A stretch of 64,000 nucleotides of DNA, taken from an uncultured Nitrospiraceae bacterium (lineage in GTDB: Bacteria; Nitrospirota; Thermodesulfovibrionia; Thermodesulfovibrionales; Dissulfurispiraceae). The stretch spans positions 17,946 to 81,945 of the forward strand of contig CAMTVO010000014.1 of assembly GCA_947085205.1 (NCBI GenBank), read 5' to 3'. Shown piece after piece: positions 8,576 to 17,461 of the stretch. A program made the position numbers and the translations under genes. The notes below the pieces were generated by a model. The model was not told the origin of the DNA and ran no database searches. It saw only the letters and a program-made list of their open reading frames with translations. How positions within the stretch are numbered: position 1 is the stretch's first letter; each line of letters begins with the position of its first letter.

Positions 8576-9599
8576 AACGTATCTTACCTCCTCCTTTCTC
8601 TATAATTCCGATTGGATAGGCATCGAAGCCAGTATCCTTGAGATACAAAATGGCTAAATCCAAATCCGATTTGTCCAAAATTATAACATATCCTATTCCC
8701 ATATTAAAGGTTTTTTTCATATCGTCAGCGGGGACATTGCCTAATTTCTTAATAAGTTCAAAAACATGCGGCACAGCCCATGTTTTTTCATCAATTACTG
8801 CCATGATCCCTTCTCTAATTATTCTCGGCACATTACCAATTATTCCCCCGCCTGTTATATGTGCCATCCCATGAATATCCACTCTGCCTTTCAATGCATT
8901 AAATGCCTTTACATAAATCCTTGTGGGCATGAGCAGTCCTTCTCCGACGGTTGTATTTAGTTCAGGAATGTAGGTATCAACACTGAATTTTGCTACATCG
9001 AAAAAGACCTTTCTCGCCAGGGAATAGCCATTGCTGTGAAGGCCGCTGGACGCTATGCCTATGATTACATCCCCTTCCTTTATCTTTGAGCCGTCGATAA
9101 TTTTATCTTTATCTACAACCCCAACAGCAAAGCCTGCAAGGTCGTATTCGTCTTCTCCATAAAATCCCGGCATTTCTGCTGTCTCTCCGCCTATAAGGGC
9201 GCATCCGGATTCTTTGCATCCATCTGCGATTCCCTTAACAACATCCTTTGCCTTTTCTGACTTGAGTTTTCCAGTGGCAAAATAGTCGAGAAAGAATAAA
9301 GGCTCTGCTCCGAGGGTGAGTATATCATTAACGCACATAGCAACGAGGTCGATGCCGACAGTATCGTGTTTGTCCATCATAAATGCTATCTTTAATTTTG
9401 TTCCCACGCCGTCAGCGCCGCTTACAAGTACAGGCTCTTTGTATTTGAACATATCGAGTTTAAATAATGCGCCGAATGAGCCGATGTCGGTCATTACCTC
9501 CGGCCTGAATGTCTTCTTAACCATAGGGGAGATAAGGCTCACAAACCTGTCGCCCTCGTCTATATCAACCCCTGCTTTTTTATATGTAAGTTCTTCCAT
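8568..9599 (-). CDS. purM: Phosphoribosylformylglycinamidine cyclo-ligase (AIR synthetase)
   Basis: Full-length PurM-like sequence (YKKAGVDIDEG, GADGVGTKL, DLVAMCVNDI, GGETAEMP, HITGGG). Confidence 0.95.
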   Translation of the reverse strand: MEELTYKKAGVDIDEGDRFVSLISPMVKKTFRPEVMTDIGSFGALFKLDMFKYKEPVLVSGADGVGTKLKIAFMMDKHDTVGIDLVAMCVNDILTLGAEPLFFLDYFATGKLKSEKAKDVVKGIADGCKESGCALIGGETAEMPGFYGEDEYDLAGFAVGVVDKDKIIDGSKIKEGDVIIGIASSGLHSNGYSLARKVFFDVAKFSVDTYIPELNTTVGEGLLMPTRIYVKAFNALKGRVDIHGMAHITGGGIIGNVPRIIREGIMAVIDEKTWAVPHVFELIKKLGNVPADDMKKTFNMGIGYVIILDKSDLDLAILYLKDTGFDAYPIGIIEKGGGKIRYV

Positions 9600-9612
9600 A
9601 AATTAGCTTTTG

Positions 9613-9663
9613 GCTCATAGCTGATAGCTCATAGCAAAAAACTATGAACTATGAGCTATGAAC
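9613..9663. repeat. Inverted pair of heptamer arrays (GCTCATA-type vs CTATGAG-type), purM|nadC spacer
   Basis: Arms at 9613-9635 and 9642-9663, with an AAAAAA loop. The right arm covers the last nadC codons and the stop. Confidence 0.9.
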
Positions 9664-10485
9664 TGTCTTCATGCTTATATCAACGGCCATTACTGAATGG
9701 GTCAATGCGCCGATGGATATTATATCAACTCCTGTCTCAGCAATGCTTCTTATGTTTTCGAGATTTACATTTCCAGATGCCTCAAGGAGAGCCTTGCCTC
9801 TTGCGATTTTTACAGCCTCTTTCATGTCAGGGATGGACATATTATCAAGCATAATTACATCCGCTCCTGCATTCAGTGCCTCTTTTAATTCATCAAGGCT
9901 TTTTACTTCGACTTCTATCTTGAGGAGATGATGTGCCTTCTTTGCAAGTTCAACAGACTTTTTTACTCCTCCAGCAACCTTTATGTGGTTGTCCTTAATC
10001 AATACGCCGTCATAAAGTCCGAACCTGTGATTAACTCCTCCCCCCATCCTTACGCCATATTTTTCCATGAACCTCATTCCAGGAGTTGTCTTTCTCGTAT
10101 CAGCAATCTCAACCGGCAGACCGGATACCTTCTCCACATAAGCCTTTGTCATCGTAGCAATTCCTGATATGCGCTGGAGTATATTCAATGAAACTCTTTC
10201 TCCGGCAAGAAGACTTCTGCTGCTTCCGGAAATCTCCACTATTATATCGCCTTTTTTTACATGCGAGCCGTCATGGAAGAATTCATTGATAACAACATCA
10301 GGGTCTACGGCATTAAAAACTTCCCTCGCAAATGGCATTCCAGCAAGGATAAAGTCTTCCTTTGCCATAATCTGCGCCTTTGCCTTGCTGTCTTCGGGAA
10401 TAATGAGAAGGGATGTTATATCGCCGTGACCGATGTCTTCAAGTATCGCAAGGCGGATTGTCTCTTTTAATATTAAAAATTCCAC
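9649..10485 (-). CDS. nadC: Nicotinate-nucleotide pyrophosphorylase (quinolinate phosphoribosyltransferase)
   Basis: LEDIGHGDITS, ERVSLNILQR.SGIAT, DTRKTTPG.R, IMLDNM motifs. GTG start. The last codons and the stop lie in a repeat array. Confidence 0.9.
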   Translation of the reverse strand: MEFLILKETIRLAILEDIGHGDITSLLIIPEDSKAKAQIMAKEDFILAGMPFAREVFNAVDPDVVINEFFHDGSHVKKGDIIVEISGSSRSLLAGERVSLNILQRISGIATMTKAYVEKVSGLPVEIADTRKTTPGMRFMEKYGVRMGGGVNHRFGLYDGVLIKDNHIKVAGGVKKSVELAKKAHHLLKIEVEVKSLDELKEALNAGADVIMLDNMSIPDMKEAVKIARGKALLEASGNVNLENIRSIAETGVDIISIGALTHSVMAVDISMKTVHSS

Positions 10486-10486
10486 C

Positions 10487-10972
10487 TTATCTGCCTTTTC
10501 TGAACAAAGAAAAAAGACCTAAAACCCCTCCTGCAACAGCGCCCAGTGCAAGCGCAGAACGCCAGTCAAGGAGTGTTGTTACATTGCCGTTTATATTTTT
10601 GCCTATCATAAGTATTGAAGTGCTGTTGTTCGAATTGATATTCCTTGCGACCATGGCTCCCACAGCGCTTCTGTTTACTACTGTCTCATCGGCCGAAACC
10701 GAAACAGGTGCGAAAGAAAAGTTGAGGGTCGTAGTATTTCCGGCTGCAAGAATTCCTATGCTCTGGTTTAAAGAAAGATTTGCGCCTCTCATTAATACAG
10801 AAGCTCCCTGAGTAACCTCTACACGCTCGCCATCGATGCTCAATGCGCCGACCTGCTGCAACTCAATATGGCCGCCTTCCACAGACCTGACTGTGCTGTG
10901 CCTTATGTTCATAAACTCCGCTTCAACCATACCAAGGTTTTTATTCTCCATCTCTATTATCTCTTTTCCCAT
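10487..10972 (-). CDS. Hypothetical tail-anchored membrane protein with a beta-rich repetitive domain
   Basis: SD AAGGGGG upstream of ATG 10972. C-terminal hydrophobic helix ALALGAVAGGVLGLFSLF followed by RKGR. No family recognised. Confidence 0.5.
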   Translation of the reverse strand: MGKEIIEMENKNLGMVEAEFMNIRHSTVRSVEGGHIELQQVGALSIDGERVEVTQGASVLMRGANLSLNQSIGILAAGNTTTLNFSFAPVSVSADETVVNRSAVGAMVARNINSNNSTSILMIGKNINGNVTTLLDWRSALALGAVAGGVLGLFSLFRKGR

Positions 10973-10990
10973 ATTTTACCCCCTTTAGTT

Positions 10991-11049
10991 CAGTAAGCAT
11001 TAAACAGTGAGCAGTTTTCGGCTGACTGCTTACTGCTTACTGCTTACTG
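10991..11049. repeat. Inverted pair of arrays (CAGTAAG/CAGTGAG vs CTGCTTA), spacer between the hypothetical gene and valS
   Basis: Arms at 10991-11014 and 11022-11049. The right arm covers the valS C-terminus and stop. Confidence 0.9.
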
Positions 11050-13873
11050 TCTTTAATAGTTTTATGTTCTCCTCTATCTTTTCTTTTTTGTGGACAAAGT
11101 CATCAAACTTTGCCTTCTCCTTTTCGACCACAACCCTTGGAGCATTCTTCAAAAAATCTTCATTTAGAAGCTTCTTGTTTAACGTTGCTATTGAATCATC
11201 TATTTTCGACTTCTCTTTCTGAAGCCTCTCCACTTCAGATTTTATATCCAGCAGACCCTCTATTGGAATGTATATCTCCATCTTATCCCTTACGGATACC
11301 GCCGAGCCTTTTTCTTTCCTAATATCAGCCCCGATATTTATCTCTTTGCAACGTGTCAATTTCATTATAGCAGTAAGATTGTTTTTCATAACATCTTCCA
11401 CTTCCTTTGAAGCGGTTTTTATACCTGCCCTCATTTCAAGAGATGGGGCGATATTCAACTCTCCCCTTATGCTCCTTATGCCGGTTATCGCACTTATTAT
11501 ATAGTCCATCTGTTCCTCAGCATCGGGATATTTAGGTAAATCTACCGGATATTGTGATATCATAATACTTTTGCTCTGCTCAAATACGGTATTCCACAAT
11601 TCTTCTGTAACATACGGCATAAATGGATGTAACAACTGAATGATCTTCTCAAGAACAAAGAACAAACAATTTATAACCGCCGCCTTTTCTTCGCTGCTTC
11701 CGTGATAAAGAACAGGCTTTGTAAACTCTATATACCAGTCGCAGAATTCATGCCACACAAACTGGTATATGCTGTTGGCCGCATCGTTGAACCTGTAGTT
11801 TCCAAGATTTCTGTTGACCTCTTCTGCTGTAAAAGCCAGTCTGCTCAGTATCCATCTGCCCGGAAGGTCTAAGTCCTTGTCATGCCCGTGCAGCGGCTGC
11901 TTTGCCCATAATTCTTCGTTATTCACTATGAATTTTGCGGCATTCCATAATTTATTTATGAAATGTCTGTACCCTTCGACCCTATCTTCGGAAAATCTCA
12001 CATCCCTTCCCTGAGCAGCAAATGCAGCAAGGGTAAACCTGAAGGCATCGGCGCCGTATTTATCTATCATTACGAGAGGGTCTATCACATTGCCTTTTGA
12101 CTTGGACATCTTATGTCCCTTTGAGTCACGAACAAGGGCATGGATATACACATCCCTGAAAGGAGCATCTTTCATTACCTTCAGTCCCATCATAATCATT
12201 CTTGCGACCCAGAAGAATAAAATATCAAAGCCTGTGACAAGAACACCCGTCGGATAAAATGTCTTTAAATCCTCTGTCTCTTGCGGCCATCCGAGAGTAG
12301 AAAACGGCCATAATGCAGATGAAAACCATGTATCAAGAACATCAGGGTCCCGGATGATATTTTTGCTGCCGCACTTAGGGCATTCCGTTAGCTCTTCCCT
12401 CTGACAAATCGGTTTTACTTTCTTTGATATCCTTATAATCTTTGAATTCCTGATTATTTCCTCATGGCTCATTCCCAGCTTTTTCAATTCTGAATATATA
12501 CCGCCGGTAGCCTTGATTCCCGCACGGAGCATTACAGGCTCAAAAAATATATGCTCTATTATTTCGCCTTGAGGAGGTGTACCGTCTTCTCCTTTGCAGT
12601 CAGGACAGCACCAGACAGGTATCTGGTGTCCCCACCATATCTGGCGTGATATGCACCAGTCCTTTATGTCTCTCATCCATGCAAAATAGTTGTTTTCCCA
12701 TGAATCAGGAATGAGCCTTATTGTTTTGTCCTGCACTGCCCTTACAGCCTCAGATGCAAGAGACTCTATTTTGACATACCACTGAATTGTAAGCAGAGGC
12801 TCTATTATGGTCTTGCATCTGTAGCAATGTCCCACAGAATGGAGGTATTTCTTATCGCCTTCAAGCAAATCAAGTTCTCTTAAATCCTCAACTATCTTTT
12901 TCCTGCAAATGTATCTGTCAAGGCCGCTGTATCTTTCTCCTGCTTCTGCAGACATGCGTCCGTCTTCAGAAATTACGCTGATTGATTTAAGCTTATGGCG
13001 TTTGCCGATTGCTTCGTCATTAAAATCGTGTGCAGGTGTAACCTTTACAGCGCCTGTTCCAAAAGCAGGATCAACAGCAGCATCTGCAATTACAGGAATT
13101 TTTCTGCCTGTCAAAGGCAAATCGAGGTTTTTACCGATAATATCTTTATATCTCTCGTCTTCAGGATGGACGGCAACCGCCGTATCACCGAGCATAGTCT
13201 CCGGTCTTGTGGTTGCAACAGTTATATACCCCCCCTCTATCCGAACAGGGGGGGTAAGAGGATATTTTATGCTGTAAAGTTTGCCTTCGATTTCTTCATA
13301 TTCCACTTCAAGGTCGGAAAGCGCAGTATGGCATCTCGGACACCAGTTAATTAGACGGTTATCCCTGTATACAAGCCCTTCCTCAAAAAGCCTTACAAAC
13401 ACTTCCCTTACGGCAGCGGATAATCCTTCATCAAGGGTGAACCGTTCTCTCGACCAGTCGCATGAAGCGCCTATTTTTTTTAGCTGGTGTATTATCTTTC
13501 CGCCGTATTCGGCCTTCCATTTCCAGACCCTTTCAATGAACGTCTCTCTTCCAAGTTTATGCCTGTCGATTCCTTCCTTTGAAAGCTCCCTCTCCACCAC
13601 ATTCTGTGTTGCTATTCCTGCATGGTCGGTTCCAGGGAGCCACAAGACTTTATGTCCAGACATCCTCTTCCATCGTGTAAGAATGTCCTGAATTGTGGCA
13701 TTGAGTGCATGACCCATGTGGAGGGAACCAGTAACATTGGGCGGCGGTATGACTATGCAGAACGGTGCTTTTGTGGCATTAGGATTCGGCTTAAAATATC
13801 CATTCTGCTCCCAAAAAACATACCACTTGTCTTCTATGTCTTCCGGACTGTAAGTTTTCTTTAGTTCAATCAT
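11030..13873 (-). CDS. valS: Valyl-tRNA synthetase
   Basis: Class I signatures PPPNVTGSLHMGH and KMSKSKGN, TTRPETM, C-terminal coiled coil. 947 aa, with an enlarged CxxC...CxxC insertion. Confidence 0.97.
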   Translation of the reverse strand: MIELKKTYSPEDIEDKWYVFWEQNGYFKPNPNATKAPFCIVIPPPNVTGSLHMGHALNATIQDILTRWKRMSGHKVLWLPGTDHAGIATQNVVERELSKEGIDRHKLGRETFIERVWKWKAEYGGKIIHQLKKIGASCDWSRERFTLDEGLSAAVREVFVRLFEEGLVYRDNRLINWCPRCHTALSDLEVEYEEIEGKLYSIKYPLTPPVRIEGGYITVATTRPETMLGDTAVAVHPEDERYKDIIGKNLDLPLTGRKIPVIADAAVDPAFGTGAVKVTPAHDFNDEAIGKRHKLKSISVISEDGRMSAEAGERYSGLDRYICRKKIVEDLRELDLLEGDKKYLHSVGHCYRCKTIIEPLLTIQWYVKIESLASEAVRAVQDKTIRLIPDSWENNYFAWMRDIKDWCISRQIWWGHQIPVWCCPDCKGEDGTPPQGEIIEHIFFEPVMLRAGIKATGGIYSELKKLGMSHEEIIRNSKIIRISKKVKPICQREELTECPKCGSKNIIRDPDVLDTWFSSALWPFSTLGWPQETEDLKTFYPTGVLVTGFDILFFWVARMIMMGLKVMKDAPFRDVYIHALVRDSKGHKMSKSKGNVIDPLVMIDKYGADAFRFTLAAFAAQGRDVRFSEDRVEGYRHFINKLWNAAKFIVNNEELWAKQPLHGHDKDLDLPGRWILSRLAFTAEEVNRNLGNYRFNDAANSIYQFVWHEFCDWYIEFTKPVLYHGSSEEKAAVINCLFFVLEKIIQLLHPFMPYVTEELWNTVFEQSKSIMISQYPVDLPKYPDAEEQMDYIISAITGIRSIRGELNIAPSLEMRAGIKTASKEVEDVMKNNLTAIMKLTRCKEINIGADIRKEKGSAVSVRDKMEIYIPIEGLLDIKSEVERLQKEKSKIDDSIATLNKKLLNEDFLKNAPRVVVEKEKAKFDDFVHKKEKIEENIKLLKTVSSKQ
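13227..13256. repeat. C7...G7 palindromic element inside valS
   Basis: TACCCCCCC-tctatccgaaca-GGGGGGGTA. Encodes LTPPVRIEGGY. Confidence 0.8.
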
Positions 13874-13887
13874 AGATGCTTAAAAGG

Positions 13888-13966
13888 GGCTATAGACGAT
13901 AGGCAAAAGGCAATAGGCATAAGACCACAATAATTGTTATCGCCTATCGCCCATTGCCTATTGCCT
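13888..13966. repeat. Inverted pair of AATAGGC-type arrays, valS|response-regulator spacer
   Basis: Arms at 13888-13920 and 13939-13966. Confidence 0.9.
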
Positions 13967-14920
13967 AATCTCTGAAGTAATCTTTTCTATCTCTTTTTTT
14001 ATCAGTGTCTCTGCAACTTCCGGGACAATTCTTTTTATTGCAGCATCTATTTCGCCGCGCAATGATCTCAACAGGTCTTTTATCACTTCTCTCGTTACAT
14101 CCTCAATAATGTCAGGGACGTTGCTTGATATTGCCTCTTTCACAGAATCCTGTATTGTTAAAGAAATATCGCTGCTTATTATACTGGAAACCTTTTCTTC
14201 AATGGTCTGTTTTATTATTTCGTATATCTCTTCCTTTGCAGGTAATTCTACTTCCTTTAACTCGTAACTCTTAACTCCTAACTCCTCACCGCCTTTCAAC
14301 GCCTCGGCGAGCTCTTCTGCAAATCCCTTTGTATCCTCAGATAAAGCAGCCTTAGCTTCATATTCCTCATCCGCCATTACCTCTTCGGCCTTTTCTTCTG
14401 CAATAGGAATTTCTTCGTCCCATTTCGGCTCTTCCCGAGTTTGCGGAGTAGCCGATACTGCTAATTCCACTGTAGCTTCAGGGGCATCTTCTGTTGCGGC
14501 CAACAACTCCTCTTCTATCGCCTCTTCCGGCTCCGTCTTCTTTGACTGCTCAAAGCCGACAAGCAGTGCTTTCACTTTGCTTATCAACTCCTGCGACTCG
14601 AATGGTTTAATGATAAAGTCGTCTGCAAAAACAGATTTTGCATATTCTTCGTCGAAAGGTTCAAAGGCACCTGCAAGTAAAATTACAGGAATAGCTGCAG
14701 TAGCCATATCATTTTTAATCTTTTCGCACAACTGATACCCGTTCAATTTAGGCATCTCGATGTCGGCAAGAATTATGTCGGGTTTAAAAGACTCCATTGC
14801 ATTTAATGCCTGCTCGCCGTCATTAAATGCCCTTATTTCGAAATTTTCCGACGTAAGGACAAGCTCAACCACCTTCTGTATGGTGAGGCTATCGTCTGCT
14901 AATAATAGTTTATAGGGCAT
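13958..14920 (-). CDS. Response regulator: receiver domain plus ~200-aa acidic, low-complexity/helical C-terminal region
   Basis: REC motifs LLADDS, ILADIEMPKLNG, IIKPF. The tail is rich in E/A/K and no output domain was recognised. Confidence 0.8.
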   Translation of the reverse strand: MPYKLLLADDSLTIQKVVELVLTSENFEIRAFNDGEQALNAMESFKPDIILADIEMPKLNGYQLCEKIKNDMATAAIPVILLAGAFEPFDEEYAKSVFADDFIIKPFESQELISKVKALLVGFEQSKKTEPEEAIEEELLAATEDAPEATVELAVSATPQTREEPKWDEEIPIAEEKAEEVMADEEYEAKAALSEDTKGFAEELAEALKGGEELGVKSYELKEVELPAKEEIYEIIKQTIEEKVSSIISSDISLTIQDSVKEAISSNVPDIIEDVTREVIKDLLRSLRGEIDAAIKRIVPEVAETLIKKEIEKITSEIRQ

Positions 14921-14934
14921 AATTAACCTCTTTC

Positions 14935-15039
14935 GTTATAGCGTTTATTGCGTTGAGCGTTATAGCGTAAAGCGTTGAGCAATATAAGGAAATAAATAAT
15001 TTACGCATAACTCTATAACTCTATAACTCTATAACGCTA
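14935..15039. repeat. Inverted pair of TATAGCGT/TATAACTC-type (8-mer) arrays
   Basis: Arms at 14935-14980 and 15003-15039. TATAACTC x3 is perfect. Confidence 0.9.
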
Positions 15040-15043
15040 CTTG

Positions 15044-15415
15044 TCAAGACTTTTTCTTACTCCTGTAGTCTTCTATAGCCTTTCTCAACGCATCGGCGCC
15101 CAGATTCGAACAGTGCATTTTCTGAGGCGGTAGACCTCCCAATTCCTGAGCCACCGCCTCCTTTGATATAGCAAGGGCATCATCGAGAGTCTTCCCTTTG
15201 ACCATTTCTGTAACCATGCTGCTTACTGCAATGGCAGCGCCGCATCCGAATGTCCTGAACTTTGCGTCTACTATCCTGTCGTTTTCGACCTTTATGAATA
15301 TCTGCATCGCATCCCCGCATATCGGGTTGCCTTCCATGCCGACGCCGTCTGCATCAGTGATTTCGCCCACATTTCTCGGATTCATAAAATGGTCCATTAC
15401 CTTTTCAGAATACAT
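15044..15415 (-). CDS. iscU: Fe-S cluster assembly scaffold (IscU/NifU N-terminal type)
   Basis: GNPICGD, FGCGAAIA and HCS cysteine motifs. 123 aa. Confidence 0.9.
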   Translation of the reverse strand: MYSEKVMDHFMNPRNVGEITDADGVGMEGNPICGDAMQIFIKVENDRIVDAKFRTFGCGAAIAVSSMVTEMVKGKTLDDALAISKEAVAQELGGLPPQKMHCSNLGADALRKAIEDYRSKKKS

Positions 15416-15427
15416 TTTTATCCTCCT

Positions 15428-16639
15428 TTATCCTGTATAACATTTTTCTCCTTCGCCGTGCTCTTCAAATCCTTTTTGGCCCCATCCCTTTGCAAATGGG
15501 GACATCTCCCTCAGCCTGCTGATTATCTGCGGAAACTCATTGACAAAGCAGTCCACATCTTCATTTGTATTGCTCATTCCGACGCTGAATACGATAGAGC
15601 CCTGCGCAAGCGCAGAAGGGATTCCGAGAGATAATAGCACCGGAGAAGATTTAAGCGCCCTCGAAGAACAGGCAGAGCCGCTGGCTGCATATATGCCCTT
15701 CATCGAGAGCATCAAGAGCATAGCCTCTCCCTCGATAAATTCGACTACGAAACTCGCATGATGCGGCAGTCTGTTTTCCGGATGTCCCGTGAGATATACG
15801 TTGGGTATTTTAAGCGCGTTTTCTATTATTCTGTCGCGAAGCCTTTTGCAGTGCTCGATTCTATTGCTCAGCTCGCTCTTTGCAAGTTCGGCAGCCTTGC
15901 CCATTCCGGCTATTGCAGGGACATTTTCAGTGCCTGCCCTCCTGCCGCCTTCCTGAATGCCTCCGTAAATGAGGGGAACTATTCTCAAGCCTTCCCTGAC
16001 ATAAAGCGCTCCTGCTCCTTTCGGACCGTAAAACTGGTGCGCCGCCATGCTCAGGAGGTCAACGCCTAACTCCTTCACATCTACCGGGATATTTCCTGTT
16101 GTTGCGACCGCATCCGTGTGGAATAAGATATTCCTTTCCTTTGCTATTGCCGCTAATTTCTTTATAGGCTCTATTGAGCCGATTTCGCTGCTTGCATGCG
16201 CCACGGAAATGAGAATCGTCTCTTTTGTAATAGAACTTTTTAAAACCTCCGGGTCGACAAGCCCATATTTATCTACAGGAAGATAGGTAACCACAAAACC
16301 GCTCTTTTCCAAAAATCGCGCTGAATTAAGGATAGAGTGGTGCTCTACTTTCGACACTATCACATGTTTACCCTGATTCTGCTTTGCAAGGGCTATTCCC
16401 CTGAGTGCGAAATTGTTTGCCTCAGCGCCGCTTGCAGTAAAGACAATTGCAGAAGGCTTTGCATTAATGAGCAAGGCAACCTGTTCTCTTGCTTTTTCTA
16501 TGGCATCCCTCGCCCTTATTCCGAGGTCATAGACGCTGAGAGGATTTCCGAAATCTTCCTTGAAATGAGGCATCATTGCATTCAGCGCTTCCGGATGCAA
16601 TGGATTTGTTGCCACATGGTCAAAATAGCACTTTCCCAT
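15428..16639 (-). CDS. iscS: Cysteine desulfurase (IscS/NifS class)
   Basis: PLP-dependent class V fold. HKFYGPKG-like segment (AHQFYGPKG) and SGSACSS active-site loop. Confidence 0.9.
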   Translation of the reverse strand: MGKCYFDHVATNPLHPEALNAMMPHFKEDFGNPLSVYDLGIRARDAIEKAREQVALLINAKPSAIVFTASGAEANNFALRGIALAKQNQGKHVIVSKVEHHSILNSARFLEKSGFVVTYLPVDKYGLVDPEVLKSSITKETILISVAHASSEIGSIEPIKKLAAIAKERNILFHTDAVATTGNIPVDVKELGVDLLSMAAHQFYGPKGAGALYVREGLRIVPLIYGGIQEGGRRAGTENVPAIAGMGKAAELAKSELSNRIEHCKRLRDRIIENALKIPNVYLTGHPENRLPHHASFVVEFIEGEAMLLMLSMKGIYAASGSACSSRALKSSPVLLSLGIPSALAQGSIVFSVGMSNTNEDVDCFVNEFPQIISRLREMSPFAKGWGQKGFEEHGEGEKCYTG

Positions 16640-16656
16640 AATAGCTCCTTAAAATT

Positions 16657-16724
16657 AGGCGATAGGTCATAGACTATAGGCAATAGGTTTTTGTTTTTTA
16701 CCTATAGCCTATTGCCCATTGCCT
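16657..16724. repeat. Inverted pair of ATAGGC-type arrays, iscS|tusA spacer
   Basis: Arms at 16657-16687 and 16701-16724. The right arm covers the tusA C-terminus and stop. Confidence 0.9.
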
Positions 16725-16965
16725 GTTTTTTTACATAAAACTTGTAATAATCCTCATCCTCGTCCATCCCTATAAACTCATTTCCTGTCCTTTCGCACCA
16801 TTGTGGTATATCTTCGAGGGCGCCATCATAATCAGTAAGTATCTCAAGCACCTGTCCCTTCTCAAGCCCCTTTATCATCTCGTCCAGTTTGAGAAGATGC
16901 ATGGGACACATCATATAAACAATATCGGCGGTTACGTCCGCCTTTACATCATGAACGAATTTCAT
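16702..16965 (-). CDS. TusA/SirA-family sulfur carrier protein
   Basis: 87 aa with an MCPMHLLKL (CPxP-like) motif followed by ...GQVLEILTD. Sits between iscR and iscS. Confidence 0.7.
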   Translation of the reverse strand: MKFVHDVKADVTADIVYMMCPMHLLKLDEMIKGLEKGQVLEILTDYDGALEDIPQWCERTGNEFIGMDEDEDYYKFYVKKQAMGNRL

Positions 16966-16993
16966 ACGTTAAAAGTTTCAAAGAATCATATTA

Positions 16994-17455
16994 TTAAAGT
17001 GTCAGCGTTTTATATCTTGACTCTTTGAGTCTCTGGCTCTTTGATATAAACTCTCCTGTTATGAGATTCTTCAGTGTTATGGTATTCAAAAACGCCTCGA
17101 TCTGCTCACCCAATACCTTCCACAACAGATGGGTCACGCAACTGTCAACCCTCACACAGCCTCCTTCAGGATCGAGACATGAAGTTAGGGCAACAGGGCC
17201 TTCCAGTTCGTTTAAAATCGAGGCAATGCTTACATTTTCAGGACTTTTGTCTAAGATATAACCGCCTCCGGGGCCTTTTATGCTTTTTATAAGTCCGGCC
17301 TTCCTGAGTTTATTGAGTATCTGCTCAAGGTATGCAACAGAGACATCCTGTTTTTCGGAAATTTCCTTAATGGTTACCGGAGTTTCAGGATAGCCCTTTG
17401 CAATCTCATACATGGCCCTGACGCCATACTGTCCTTTTGTCGATAATCTCAGCAT
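16994..17455 (-). CDS. iscR: Rrf2-family transcriptional regulator (IscR-like)
   Basis: MLRLSTKGQYGVRAM N-terminus. wHTH. Cys cluster C-x7-C-x5-C (CLDPEGGCVRVDSC). First gene of the isc cluster. Confidence 0.85.
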   Translation of the reverse strand: MLRLSTKGQYGVRAMYEIAKGYPETPVTIKEISEKQDVSVAYLEQILNKLRKAGLIKSIKGPGGGYILDKSPENVSIASILNELEGPVALTSCLDPEGGCVRVDSCVTHLLWKVLGEQIEAFLNTITLKNLITGEFISKSQRLKESRYKTLTL

Positions 17456-17461
17456 GAATTT

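Noticed and set aside
13229-13254. Homopolymer C7/G7 (and G8 at 29339-29346) as frameshift or sequencing errors creating pseudogenes
   Set aside because: The reading frames of valS and flgJ are intact across the tracts, with conserved motifs on both sides. They are reported as hot spots rather than lesions.
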